This document shows, piece by piece, positions 28,191 through 42,317 of a stretch of DNA of 64,000 nucleotides. The stretch is from Eledone cirrhosa. Taxonomy: Eukaryota. The notes beneath the pieces were generated by a model, which saw nothing but the letters and a program-made list of their open reading frames with translations, ran no database searches and was not told where the DNA came from. The position numbers and the translations under genes were made by a program. The number at the start of each line of letters is the position of its first letter. The stretch's first letter is position 1. The stretch lies in assembly GCA_964016885.1 (NCBI GenBank), contig OZ024758.1, forward strand, positions 13,020,001-13,084,000. The letters are read 5' to 3'.

Positions 28191-28763
28191 CCATATATGC
28201 GTGCATGTGTGCGTATGTGTGTGTAAGTGTGTATGTATGTAGCTATTTACGATCAAATATATGTGAGTGTTTGTGTGGGTATGTATGTATGCATATTGCA
28301 TGCTTTCAAGCATGTATGCATGCATGTGTATATGTAAGTATGCATGCATGCATGAAAGCCTGTATGTAAGCGTGCATGTGCGTATGTATATATCTATGTA
28401 TGTATGTATGTACGTAAGTGTGCATGTGTGCATGTATGTATGTGTGTATGTACGCAAGTATTTATATATGTATGTATGTATGTATGTATACATGTATATA
28501 CGTATCTAAGTATGCATGTATATATGTATGTATGTATATATGTAAGCATGTATGTATGCAAGTATGTATGTATATGTCATGTATGTAAGTATGCATGTAT
28601 ACATACATATATGTATGTATATGGCAGTTGATGCGATTGATATGCGCATGCTCGTGCATGTGCGTTTTATAATATTTGAACATAAAACTCACAGTTAAAT
28701 TATGCAACGTAGCTGTTTGCATTTAACAGAATCGTTAATGTCATTATTAGTTTATGCTATTTA

Positions 28764-28841
<78 letters not shown>

Positions 28842-28981
28842 CATTATACTGTTAATGTTGTTGTTGTTGTTGTTAATTTGCGACTATATTTTAGCAAATC
28901 ATTTGTCATTGAAATATTTTCAGTTGCTTTCATTTCGTTCCCGCCAGAGAACTCCACACAATTAAATTTAGCCTAACATAA

Positions 28982-28996
28982 AGCGCCACCTGTTGT
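28982..28996 (-). promoter_or_regulatory. CTCF-like motif
   Basis: Minus strand ACAACAGGTGGCGCT; motif match only. Confidence 0.35.
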
Positions 28997-29095
28997 TAAT
29001 TGCACTCCCAACAGAATATGCATCACACAACATATTCGTAAAGGGACGTAATTACAAGAATAATCTTATAGCCTAAACAAACAAAATAACATATA

Positions 29096-29128
<33 letters not shown>

Positions 29129-29237
29129 GTATGCATATGTGTGTGTGTATATATATATATATGTATATATATATGTATATATATATATATATGTATATAT
29201 ATGTATATATATATGTATATATATATATATATGTATA

Positions 29238-29357
<120 letters not shown>

Positions 29358-29479
29358 TACATATATATATATTCATACATATATATACATATATATACAT
29401 TCATACATATAAGTATATATTTAAATTTATATTTATGTATGTGTATATATACACATACAGTGACGTGTATATATATATG

Positions 29480-29597
<118 letters not shown>

Positions 29598-30035
29598 AAC
29601 TAGCTGCTAATGGTTGTGATTTTTGATGATCGTTAATCGTTAATGTTGCAGATCGAATGATATAGAATATTCGAACATTATTGACAAGCTTTTTAGATGT
29701 ATGACAAAAGAGTGTGATGCTGTAAAATAGAATAAAAGAACTAAATTGGTTAGGAATCCGTCCGTGTGTTTAATAAAGGGAATGAGATTCTAATAAAGTG
29801 AAATGGTATTTATCATGGAATATTTAATGTCTGATGATTCCGCTGTTTTAATTTGTTATTTCGGCACCATGTATTTCTAATATAGATATATGTAGATATA
29901 TATGTGTGTGCGTCTATGTGTGTTGTGTGTCTGTGTGTGTGTGTGTGTAGGTAGGTAGGAAGGTAGGTAGGTATATGGGTTGGTAGGTAGGTATATATGT
30001 AAGTAGGCAATGTAGGTAGGTATATATAGATGGAT

Positions 30036-30108
<73 letters not shown>

Positions 30109-30132
30109 ATGATTTGAGTTAGTCATTCTCAC

Positions 30133-30133
<1 letters not shown>

Positions 30134-30163
<30 letters not shown>

Positions 30164-30252
30164 AAGAAGAAGAAGAAGAAGAAGAAGAAGAAGAAGAAGA
30201 AGAAGAAGAAGAAGAAGAAGAAGAAGAAGAAGAAGAAGAAGAAGAAGAAGAA
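30134..30252. repeat. Pure (GAA)n tract next to a (GATA)n tract
   Basis: Seen directly. Confidence 0.95.
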
Positions 30253-30708
30253 TAGGGGGAGGAAGAGACAGGCACGTTGGAAAGATGGCGGCGACGACAG
30301 TGGTGGTGGTTGAGGTGGTGGTGGTGGTAGGGGTTCAGATTCCTTAACATTTTAATCATATTTTTATCATCAGCAATACGTGACTGTAATTGTATTAGCA
30401 TCTTCTATGGCGGAGTGCATGCTTCTTTCGATACGTATTCGATAAAGGAGAAACATGGCAAGCCTGACCTCCATTTTGCCAACTTACACCGTTACTACAA
30501 TGATTTGTGTTCACTTGTATGCCCGGGTTTCTACCTATGCTATCATTTGTAGTCGGATTCCATTTTAAATATTGACAAGAAGGAAAATTTAAAGCCGCCT
30601 TTATTTCGCGTAATATATGATCTCACTTCCGAACGACCTTCCCAGGGCAGAGGTTAAAGTAATGTAACTTTCACGTTTGCGTTATGTCTCTTAGCATGCA
30701 TGGGTGTG

Positions 30709-30826
<118 letters not shown>

Positions 30827-30887
30827 TATATAATTGCCCAGATATGCATGCATATATGTATGTATGCATGTTTATATACATATATAT

Positions 30888-30980
<93 letters not shown>

Positions 30981-31143
30981 TGTGTGTGTGTATTTGTGTG
31001 TGAGTATGAGCATGTGTAAATACAAAATGTATATGTATAATTTATACACACACATATAATTGCTCAAATATACATGTGTGTGTGTGTGTGTGTGTATGTG
31101 TGAGCTTATATGTATGTATGTGTGTATATATATGTATATACAC

Positions 31144-31203
<60 letters not shown>

Positions 31204-31430
31204 AAATATATAAATCGATCGTTAGGTAGATATATACAGGATAAAAATATAAATACCCACAAATGCACTTACATATACACACAAATAGATATACACAGAC
31301 ATACATATATACATACACACATATATACAAACATATATGCATAGATACATACATACATACATACATACATACATACATACATACATACATACATACATAC
31401 ATACATACATACATACATACATACATACAT

Positions 31431-31965
31431 GATGGCTGCCCCCTCGTTATCGAGTATGGCCATTGCATGATATACCATTATTAATAATTATTAGTTAATT
31501 CTATCGTGCAATGGCTGTGCATGAAGATATTTTTTAAAGTGAGGAAAGACTGTGCACTGAGCCAATCCCACTCTCTGAGCGACAGTAGCTATAACCAGAA
31601 AAGAAGAAAAGATCAACATCATTGGTAATTATTGAGCCACAGGTTTTATATCGGAGTCATCCCAGTTTCCTGAGTTACCTTCTCCTAGAAGAATGCCCTG
31701 ACAAAGGCTAGGGATCCTTCACTCCCAGCGGTTTAACCGTGCGGTACATGTGTATATACATATTTACACACTTTCGGGTGGCCGTTGACTCTTATGAGTT
31801 CTTCCGCCCTTCGTCAGGTTTTATTTTTTGTCCTGCAGGGTGTCCAAAATCACTCTCCTCGCCAAGTAAACTTGGTGGGGTTGCCGGTTTAGTCGCCGAC
31901 GACCCAACCATGCGACAGGTTGTACTGGGTTACATGTTACCAGTAGCACTCAAGAGTGGCCCGAC
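31431..31965 (-). mobile_element. Diverged subfamily of the non-autonomous RTE derivative, with an (ATGT)n tail
   Basis: Colinear homology to the leader and 3' stem-loop of 31990-32582; lacks the C2H2 segment. Confidence 0.7.
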
Positions 31966-31989
31966 ATACATACACATCTACACATACAA

Positions 31990-32582
31990 TAGTGGCTGCC
32001 AACTCGTTTTCGAGTACGGCCACTACTTTATATCCATGTAGGAGAACTCCTACCGATGCGCTGAACGAGTGTGACATTTTAGTCCAGCTAGCTACTTGAA
32101 AACTCTGGTACAAACACTACACCTGTGACAATTATTGACACATAGTGCTGGGCCCATGGTTCCATGTGACGACAAGTGCAGAGAGATCTCCAGATATAAA
32201 GCAATGCCTGTGCCGTGAAGCTTTTATAGTGAGCAAAGGCACTGCACAAAGCCAGTCCCACTCTCTTAACCAAGATGATATTTACCAAAAAGAAGAACAA
32301 GTCAACATCATTGGATACCATCAGGGTTGCAGGTGTTATATCAGAGTTTTCCTTCTCCTAGAATTCTGCCTTTACAAAGGCTAAGGGGTCATCTCTCCCG
32401 GTGATTTTGGATGGCCATTGACTCTTTGACAGGTTTTGTTTTTAGTCCTGCAGGATGTCCAAAGTCACCCTCCTCACCAAGAAACCTTGGTGGGGTTGCC
32501 AGTTTAGTCGCCAACGACCCGACCATGAGACAGGTTGTACTGGGATACATGTTACCAGTAGCACCAACTGGTGACCTGACAT
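31990..32582 (-). mobile_element. Non-autonomous RTE derivative, apparently full length (~590 bp)
   Basis: Reverse complement of 2514-2928 plus an extra structured 5' leader. Confidence 0.75.
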
Positions 32583-32724
32583 ACAATAACATCCATACCT
32601 ACACACACGCACACACACATGCAGACATATCTACCCAGTTGATATTTAAATTCCAATGAAAGAGTCTATTTTATACTCTCTCCGTCTATCTATTGGTAAA
32701 AATTTATAAAACCAAAAGAACGTA

Positions 32725-33480
32725 CATAAATCCACATATATATATTTATTTATGTATACATATGCGCACTTATATATATTGAAAAAGATATTTAGAAAAC
32801 TCGATATGCATCTCTCGTCCAGGATTGAACCACAGAACAGGATCTCCATAACCACTAAGATTTCCCACAAGGCCATCGAAACAGCTACTAAATTCTATTG
32901 AAAATTAATAATTATAAACCTACTTTCAAAATTAAATTTGTTATTTCTCCCATAAGGTTTCCTAGGGTATGGCCAGATAAACCCTAGAGGGGGAAAGAAA
33001 CAGTTTTTGGTCGTACATATCCTTTAGGATCTAGGAAGACCTAGATGATTTACAAGTTGACCCTAAAAAGGAAAAATATTAAGTTTAATTCAATTTTGAA
33101 AGTAGGTTTATAATTATTCGGTGGATTGGCAGTATCGGGAGAGGGTCGGACGCCATGCTTTGACGCAAAGAGTTACGGCCCTTGCCATTCTGAGTTCCAA
33201 TCCCGCCGAGGTTAACTTTGCCTTTCATCCTGACGGGGTCGATAAAATAAAGTACCAGTAATGCACTGGGTAATTGCTGGCCTTGTGCCAAAAGTAGAAA
33301 CAATTAATTTTCACTAGATTTCGGTAGCTGTCTCGGTGGCCTAGTGGGAAATCTAAGTGGCGGTGATACCCAGCTCCGGGGTTCAATCCCGGCCGAGAGA
33401 TACAGGTAGAGTGTCTTATTTATCTTTTTATTTATATATATAAGTACCCATGTGTATATACATAAATACATATATATATA
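32725..33480. mobile_element. Diverged ~210-bp inverted repeat carrying a tRNA-like A/B-box module; right arm interrupted by a SINE
   Basis: Left arm 32725-32940 is the reverse complement of 33085-33118 plus 33307-33480; TGGCCTAGTGG and GGTTCAATCC at about 33335-33390. Confidence 0.6.
33119..33306 (+). mobile_element. SINE family 1
   Basis: Full head, core and tail; splits attatt^aatttt of the host inverted repeat. Confidence 0.85.
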
Positions 33481-33544
33481 TATATAGGCCCTGGGTTCAA
33501 TTCTGGGCGAGAGATACATGTAGAGTGTATAATTGATATTTATC

Positions 33545-33720
33545 TTTTTCCAATTTTCCTTTTACATCTCTTCAATCTATCTTATTCCTCATTCTTTCTT
33601 CTGATGAAGGACTAGCGTCCGGAACCTTAAGACCTTCTTCCTGTTATTTCAAGCGTTAACCTAATATATTCCTTCCATATACTGTACCGATTGTGTTGTT
33701 ATTTCTGTTTGCCTTTTACA
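33545..33720 (+). mobile_element. Family E element with minimal hammerhead (33597-33632, GAAA mutated to GGAA)
   Basis: UCUU-CUGAUGA-A-GGAC UAGC GUCC-GGAA-CC-UU/AAGA; homologous to 60895-61070. Confidence 0.6.
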
Positions 33721-33727
33721 TATATAC

Positions 33728-33818
<91 letters not shown>

Positions 33819-34031
33819 CGTTATTAATGATCTATTTTAGAGGTACCCTTGCCCTTTTGCTATCCAATGTTTAATAAAATAGTGTTTCACTTCAAATATA
33901 GAAAAGCAATGCAATTATTTTCTGTAAACTGACAGCAATATTTAGAAGAAGAACTTTTGAATTATCTTGTATCTACTCTGTATAAAAAGAACTGCACTGT
34001 TATCTTTACAAATCTCTCCTTATATAGCTAA

Positions 34032-34192
34032 GGGCGGTGGATTGACAGTAATCGGTTGAGCATCGGACTCCATGCTTCGTGGCGTAGGGTTATGGACCTT
34101 TACTTTACGATCTGAGTTCAAATCCCGCCGAGGTTAACTTTGCCTTTCATCCTTACGGAGTCGATAAAATAAAGTACCAGTAATGCACTAGG
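34032..34192 (+). mobile_element. SINE family 1, 3'-truncated, abutting the minisatellite
   Basis: Homology to other copies. Confidence 0.85.
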
Positions 34193-34249
34193 AATGATTT
34201 ATGTATGAAGTCATGTTGTATGTTAGCTATATGTGTTTAAGATCATGTT

Positions 34250-35565
34250 GTATATTAGCTATACATACTATGTATAAGACCATGCTGTATATTTCCTATA
34301 GATACTATATTTGCTCTACACAGTATATTAGCTATACATACTATGTATAAGGACATGTTGTATATTTGCTATAGATACTATACTTGCTCTACACAGTATA
34401 TTAGCTATACATACTATGTATAAGGCCATGTTATATATTTGCTATAGATACTATATTTGCTCTACACAGTATATTAGCTATACATACTATGTATAAGGCC
34501 ATGTTGTATATTTGCTATAGATACTATATTTGCTCTACACAGTATATAGCTATACATACTATGTATAAGGCCATGTTGTATATTTGCTATAGATACTATA
34601 TTTGCTCTACACAGTATATTAGCTATACATACTATGTATAAGGCCATGTTGTATATTTGCTATAGATACTATATTTGCTCTACACAGTATATTAGCTATA
34701 CATACTATGTATAAGGCCATGTTGTATATTTGCTATAGATACTATATTTGCTCTACACAGTATATTAGCTATACATACTATGTATAAGGCCATGTTGTAT
34801 ATTTGCTATAGATACTATATTTGCTCTACACAGTATATTAGCTATACATACTATGTATAAGGCCATGTTGTATATTTGCTATAGATACTATATTTGCTCT
34901 ACACAGTATATTAGCTATACATACTATGTATAAGGCCATGCTGTATATTTGCTATAGATACTATATTTGCTCTACACAGTATATTAGCTATACATACTAT
35001 GTATAAGGCCATGTTGTATATTTGCTATAGATACTATATTTGCTCTACACAGTATATTAGCTATACATACTATGTATAAGGCCATGTTGTATATTTCCTA
35101 TAGATACTATATTTGCTCTACACAGTATATTAGCTATACATACTGTGTATAAGGCCATGTTGTATATTTGATATAGATACTATATTTGCTCTACACAGTA
35201 TATTAGCTATACATACTATGTATAAGGCCATGTTGTATATTTGCTATAGATACTATATTTGCTCTACACAGTATATTAGCTATACATACTATGTATAAGG
35301 CCATGCTGTATATTTGCTATAGATACTATATTTGCTCTACACAGTATATTAGCTATACATACTATGTATAAGGCCATGTTGTATATTTGCTATAGATACT
35401 ATATTTGCTCTACACAGTATATTAGCTATACATACTATGTATAAGGCCATGTTGTATATTTCCTATAGATACTATATTTGCTCTACACAGTATATTAGCT
35501 ATACATACTGTGTATAAGGCCATGTTGTATATTTGATATAGATACTATATTTGCTATACACACTG
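34250..35565. repeat. 73-bp minisatellite, about 18 near-identical copies
   Basis: Unit tatattagctatacatactatgtataaggccatgttgtatatttgctatagatactatatttgctctacacag (e.g. 34761-34833). Confidence 0.95.
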
Positions 35566-35869
35566 TGTTAGCTATACACTGTATGTATAAGGCCATGTTG
35601 TATATTTCCTATACACACTGTGTTTGCTCTACGCAGTGTTTATAACGTCGTGTTGTATTTTATCTACACACTGTAAGTATGAAGTCATGTTGTATATTAG
35701 CTATACACTCTATGTGTAAGATCGTGTCATATATTTGCTATACACAGTATATTTGCTCTACGCAGTGTTTATGAGGTCGTGTTGTATATTAGCTATATAC
35801 ATTGTATGTGTGAGGTCATACTGTATATTTGCTATACACAGTATATTAGCTACACACTGTATGTATGAG

Positions 35870-36625
35870 ATCGTGTCATATATTAGCTATACACAGTATG
35901 TATATAAGGTCGTGTCATATATTAGTTATATACACTGTATGTATATAAGGTCGTGTCATATATTAGCTATACACAGTATGTATATAAGGTCGTGTCATAT
36001 ATTAGCTATATACACTGTATGTATATAAGGTCGTGTCATATATTAGCTATATACACAGTATGTATATAAGGCCGTGTCATATATTAGCTATATACACTGT
36101 ATGTATATAAGGTCGTGTCATATATTAGCTATACACTCTATGTATGAGATCGTGTCATATATTAGCTATACACAGTATGTATATAAGGTCGTGTCATATA
36201 TTAGCTATATACACTGTATGTATATAAGGTCGTGTCATATATTAGCTATATACACTGTATGTATATAAGGTCGTGTCATATATTAGCTATATACACTGTA
36301 TGTATATAAGGTCGTGTCATATATTAGCTATACACAGTATGTATATAAGGTCGTGTCATATATTAGCTATATACACAGTATGTATATAAGGTCGTGTCAT
36401 ATATTAGTTATATACACAGTATGTATATAAGGTCGTGTCATATATTAGCTATACACAGTATGTATATAAGGTCGTGTCATATATTAGTTATATACACAGT
36501 ATGTATATAAGGTCGTGTCATATATTAGCTATATACACTGTATGTATATAAGGTCGTGTCATATATTAGCTATATACACTGTATGTATATAGGGTCGTGT
36601 CATATATTAGCTATACACAGTATGT
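35870..36625. repeat. 39/41-bp minisatellite, about 18-19 copies, related to the 73-bp unit
   Basis: Unit gtcgtgtcatatattagcta(ta)tacacWgtatgtatataag. Confidence 0.95.
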
Positions 36626-37765
36626 TAGCTACACACTCTATATGTGAGATCATGTCATATATTAGCTATACACATTCTACACACTATGTTTCCTCTATGC
36701 AGTGTTTATGAGGTCATGCTGTATATTAAGCTACACACAGTGTGTTTGCTCCACGTTCCATTAGTGTATTGCAGTAAAATGTCGGAAAGCTTTCATGATC
36801 TACGTGAACATTTTACATTCAAGTATTCATAAAGCTGGCAGTTATCGTATTTCTTTATTCCTGTAACTGCAGTTATCGTTCATTTACATGCTCACTCGAA
36901 TTCGATCCATTAATATAATGTTCTCTTCTTTGCCAACTTAACATTGGTTTTGCCAAGTTTACAGTGTTTACAGTTCCCATTGTAAATATATTCAAGACAA
37001 TCACTATCCTCTCCTACTCGAAGTTGTAAACTAAAACGGTTTGTTGTAGGTGTAGTATAGAATGTTAACTGTGTAACTGGTCGTTAGCGGCGATGCTTCG
37101 CTCCTTCATAAGATGCCTGACATAATAAATGTCTGCTAATAATGCAATAGTTTGCCTTAAACATTCCACCTTATTTATTGCTTGTTCGATCGACGCTAAT
37201 GCAGAGACGAGAGAGGAGAGGGGGGTAGAGAGAAAGAGAGAGAGAGAGAGAGAGGAGGGTTGAAGAGGGGGAAAGGAGAGAGAGGAGGGGGACGGTTGGG
37301 GAGAGAAGGCAGAGATAGAGAAGGCGAGAGGAGGGAGAGAGGGGGAGAGAGGGAAGCCAGAGAGATGGAGGGAGAGAGGAAGAGATGAGGGTTGGAGAGA
37401 GAAGATAGAAAGAGGGAGGGAGAGAGACAAGCCAGAGAGAAGAGAGGGGTGGAATGGAGAGATGGAGATGGAGGAGTTTAGAGAGAGAGAGAAGGGAAGG
37501 GTGGAGAGATGAAGATGGAAAGGGGATAGAGAGAAGAACCAGAGAGAGGGAGGGATAGAGAGAGAAGACAGAGGGAGTGAGGGGTGGAGAGATGGAGAGA
37601 TGGAGGAGTAGGAAGTAGAGAAAGAATAGAAACAGAGACGGAAAGGAATTGATAGAGAGAGAGAATAGAGGGCAGAGAGAGACAGAGAGAGAGAGAGAGC
37701 TATTAAGAAAGAAAGAAAAAGGAAAAAGAAAGCTAGAAAGAGATAATAGATATATAAATATACAG

Positions 37766-37880
<115 letters not shown>

Positions 37881-38415
37881 GAGAAAGAAAGAACCTATTC
37901 ATTTGTTAAACATGCAATGGTTGACCAAAGAGCGAAGAGACAACAGAAATGAGAGTTGTCACTTTAAAACAATATGGCTGATGTTTTCAAGTCACACCGC
38001 TTATTAGTTTTACATGGGAGAAGACCAGCAAAAATGTCAACAGTTTATAAATACCATTGCTATTCCTTCATATATAATTTTTAGTTTTTTAACTAATAGA
38101 GAAATACACACAATTATATGTATAACTAAATATGTGCGTGCGGGTATAATGTATAGTGTATAATATAATATATATATATGTGTGTGTGTGTATGCCTGTA
38201 TAGTATAATATATATGTGTGTGTGTGTGTATAACATGTGTGTGTGTGTATATATATATATGTGTGTGTATATGTGTGTGTGTATAACATGTGTGTGTGTG
38301 TATAATATAATATAATGTGTGTGTGTGTGTGTATGCATGTATAATATATATATATATATATATATGTATGTATATGTGTGTGTGTATATATATGTATATG
38401 TATGTATAATATATA

Positions 38416-38606
38416 TAATTGTTTCTACTTTGCTTTTGGCACAAGGCCAGCAATTATCTCAGTATATTATTGGTACTCTATTTTATCGACCCCGTAAGGA
38501 TGAAAGGCAAAGTTAACCTCCGCGGGATTTGAACTCAGATCATAAAGGGAGGTAACTCTATGCTTCAAAGCATGGCGCCCGACTCTCTACCGATACTGCC
38601 AATCCA
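38416..38606 (-). mobile_element. SINE family 1
   Basis: Homology to other copies. Confidence 0.85.
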
Positions 38607-38877
38607 CTTAAATATATATAATAGTTGCCGATTTAGGTACAAGACAATCTGTAATATATTTTCATTTAACAGGACGCAGTCATTTGAAATACAACTGTTC
38701 TCTAACTCATCATCACTTTTTCTTATTTTATCTTTATCCTTTTCTTCTCCTACTCTACTTCGATAAAGATTCTCATACGAAACGTGAGATCCTTTCTTCT
38801 TTTTTCTTTACAATTCGCAGTAAATATTTTCATTGTACACATTTTTTGTCTATCAAGAGTCTTCCTTTCGTTCACAT

Positions 38878-38922
<45 letters not shown>

Positions 38923-39081
38923 ATTCCTCTATCGCTCTCCCCCACTGTCTCTCTCTCTCCCTCTCTTTCTCTTTCTCTCTCCCTCTCTCTCTAAATATAT
39001 ATATATATATATATATATCTTTCTCCTATACCAACACACTCTCCCTCTCTAACTATCTATCTATATTCCTATATCTCTCTT

Positions 39082-39119
<38 letters not shown>

Positions 39120-39543
39120 ACTAACACTCTCCTCCCCCTCTTTATTTCTCCCATTAATCCACTCTAATATTTATATATTTATATTCCTTTCCTCTCATGA
39201 CATGTTTCTTTGTTTGTTTGTTTTATTGGTTTCTACATTAACTAATATATATTCAAACACATTAGTTGGTTTATTGAAATTATTATTGTTGGTGTTGGTG
39301 TTGATGTTGTTGTGACGGTGGTGGTGGTGGTTGTGATGGTGGTGGTGGTGGTGGTGGTGGTTGTTGTGATGGTGCTGGCGGTGGTGGTGCTGGTGGTTGT
39401 TGTGATGGTGGTTGTGGTTGTTGTTGGTGTTGTTGTTGTGACGGTGGTTGTGGTGGTTGTTGTTGGTGTTGTTGTTGTGTCGGTGGTGGTGGTTGTTGTG
39501 ATGGTGGTGGTGGTGGTGGTGGTGGTGGTGGTGGTGGTGGTGG

Positions 39544-39574
<31 letters not shown>

Positions 39575-40367
39575 GCTGGTGCTGGTGCTGGTGCTGGTGC
39601 TGGTGATGATGGTTGTGGTGGTGATGGTGACTGTGGTGATGGTAGTTGTGATTATGGTGGTGATGTGGTCGTGACGGTGGTGGTGATGCTGATTGTCGTG
39701 ACTGTCGTGATGGTGATGATGGTGATGATGATGACGACGATGATGATGATGATGATGAAGATGATGTTGATGATGATGATGATGATGATGGTGATGAGGA
39801 TGATGATGGTGATGATGGTGATGATGACGATGATGATGACGATGAAGATGATGATGGTGATGATGATGATGATAATGATGATGATGATGATGACGATGAT
39901 GATGACGATGAAGATGATGATGGTGATGATGATGATGATGATAATGATGATGATGATGATGATGATGATGATGGTAATGATGATGATGATGCTAGCTACC
40001 TTTCAGCATCATCATCTTCTTTACGAGACATAAATAAGTTATATGTTAAAACGTAATTCAAGCAAGCAATATTACTTAACATAAGATAGAGGAGAAAAAA
40101 CTAGAAAATTCATCTAAAATACGAGAAGATCATACATCACAATTCAGAGATGGTTCTAAGTTAAACATGAAATAATATATCTGTGGATTAATAAGAATGA
40201 AACATTTGTCTGTAAACACGGAATCATAAATAAATGCTATTTTTTAATAACATCTATAAATGTCTCCGTTAGACAAAATGGCGGTTAAATATATGAATAA
40301 AGAGATATGTTTCCCTTCAATCTACTTGGAAAGGAAGCTAGTCTATCGTAAGTCTCGCTCCCGAATG

Positions 40368-40473
40368 AAGCTGTTCTAGTCCTGTAGAAGCCTTTCTATA
40401 TCAAATATATATACTCTGCTTTGTATTGAGTACTTTACTTAGTGTGGTTACCCCCGATTGAACCCAGGATAAA

Positions 40474-40476
<3 letters not shown>
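40368..40476 (+). mobile_element. Decayed family B copy
   Basis: gaatgaagctgttctagtcctgtagaa...tattgagtactttacttagtgtggttacccccgattgaaccc. Confidence 0.65.
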
Positions 40477-40526
<50 letters not shown>

Positions 40527-40584
40527 AATACTGTAAATAAAACCCCTTTTGTACAGCCGACCATGTTATTCTTCACTCTTTCAC

Positions 40585-40655
<71 letters not shown>

Positions 40656-40889
40656 CGATGAAATGCCTGGGACGGTTGGAGGGTCACTGATGAAGGACTT
40701 ACTTTTTCATATGTACCCCATTTGCAACGCGCAGCTCCATTATTATCATATATATATATATATATATATCAGTCTCTCTCTACCTATATATCTCTCTCTA
40801 TCTCTAAGTTATGCACACACAGATCTTCCTCAAACTCTTTATCCTGTTCTTCAGACTCTATCAGGAGTTACGGGACCATACCACCAAAT

Positions 40890-40929
<40 letters not shown>

Positions 40930-41000
40930 GAGATATATAGATATATATATATAGATATATATATAGATGAGATATATAGATGAGATATATATATATATAA

Positions 41001-41191
41001 GGGCAGTGGATCGGCAGTATCGGTAGAGGGTCAGACGCCATGCTTTGCACCAAAGAGTTACATCCCTTTATGGTCTGAGTTCAAATCCCGCTGAGGTTAA
41101 CTTTGCCTTTCATCCTTACGGGGTCGATAAAATAAAGTACCAGTAATGCACTGGGTAATTGCTGGCCTTGTGCCAAAACTAGAAACAGTTA
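41001..41191 (+). mobile_element. SINE family 1
   Basis: Homology to other copies. Confidence 0.85.
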
Positions 41192-41242
41192 TATATATGT
41201 ATATATATGTATATAAGAGAGAGAGAGGGGATAGATAGATAG

Positions 41243-41278
<36 letters not shown>

Positions 41279-41327
41279 GCGTAGGATAGAAGAAAGGAAA
41301 GGCACAGAAACAAAGAAAGGAATCCCC

Positions 41328-41372
41328 AGTCACTGAAGAGGTCACAGAGTGTGTGACGAAAGGACTATGACT
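41328..41372 (+). ncRNA. Minimal type I hammerhead ribozyme (family D element, about 41279-41395)
   Basis: AGUCA-CUGAAGA-G-GUCACA GAGUG UGUGAC-GAAA-GGAC-U-A/UGACU; 5-bp stem I, 6-bp stem II, 1-bp stem III. Confidence 0.75.
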
Positions 41373-41629
41373 ATATATAAACAACTATCTGGTTGTGGAA
41401 CCAACCAACCAGAAATTTATAAGTTTGTAGATTTGTAAATTTATAAATTTATAAATATATAATAAATTGAAGTGAAAGCAACTGGTGCGTGTGTTTCTTA
41501 TTGGCAACATGACCCTCCCAAAGTATAACAATATCGGTTTCAACACACGATTTCAGATAAAGAATCTTGCTAAACAAATTCAGAAACGAAATATATATAC
41601 ATACTTATATATATATATATATATAAGAG

Positions 41630-41672
<43 letters not shown>

Positions 41673-41993
41673 AGAGAGAGAGAGAGAGACGTGATGTAGA
41701 TATAAAAAGAAAAAAAGAACTGTCAGCGGTGAAAGGAGGAAGGAGTCATAACTGTTTTAACGCTGTCTTCTTGAGGTCAAAGGTCAGTCTGTTTTGGGGG
41801 GAATTTCTATGTTTTCGCAAGTATTGTCATGGTGGTTGCTGCAACTCAGCAATAAAATTTACCAGTGAACTCTAAGGTGATGTTTTCCTTGCTTAAAAAC
41901 GTTTCTATGAAGAGATATATTACTGTATCTGTTTTATCTGTAAGTATATATGTGTATGTATGTATGTATATCTATGTATATGTGTATATATAT

Positions 41994-42072
<79 letters not shown>

Positions 42073-42240
42073 CACATATACATATATATATATATACATA
42101 TAGACGCATATATATATATATATATACATGCATACATACATATACATGTTTATGTGTATGTATGTTTGTATGTGTATACATATACGTGTGTATATATTTA
42201 TATATATACGTATATATATTATATATACGTGTATATGTAA

Positions 42241-42317
<77 letters not shown>

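Noticed and set aside
31880-31965. Canonical HDV-like or twister ribozyme in the RTE leader
   Set aside because: A CUAA J4/2-like word and a GAGGAGGG word are present, but P3/P1.1 and the twister pseudoknots could not be threaded; alternative simple hairpins fit better
34250-36625. CRISPR array
   Set aside because: Units are contiguous near-identical tandem repeats with no unique spacers and no cas genes; eukaryotic context
37065-37200. Minus-strand exon candidate (ASIEQAINKVECLRQTIALLADIYYVRHLMKERS)
   Set aside because: Acceptor-like context comes from a GA microsatellite; no convincing donor and no recognisable homology
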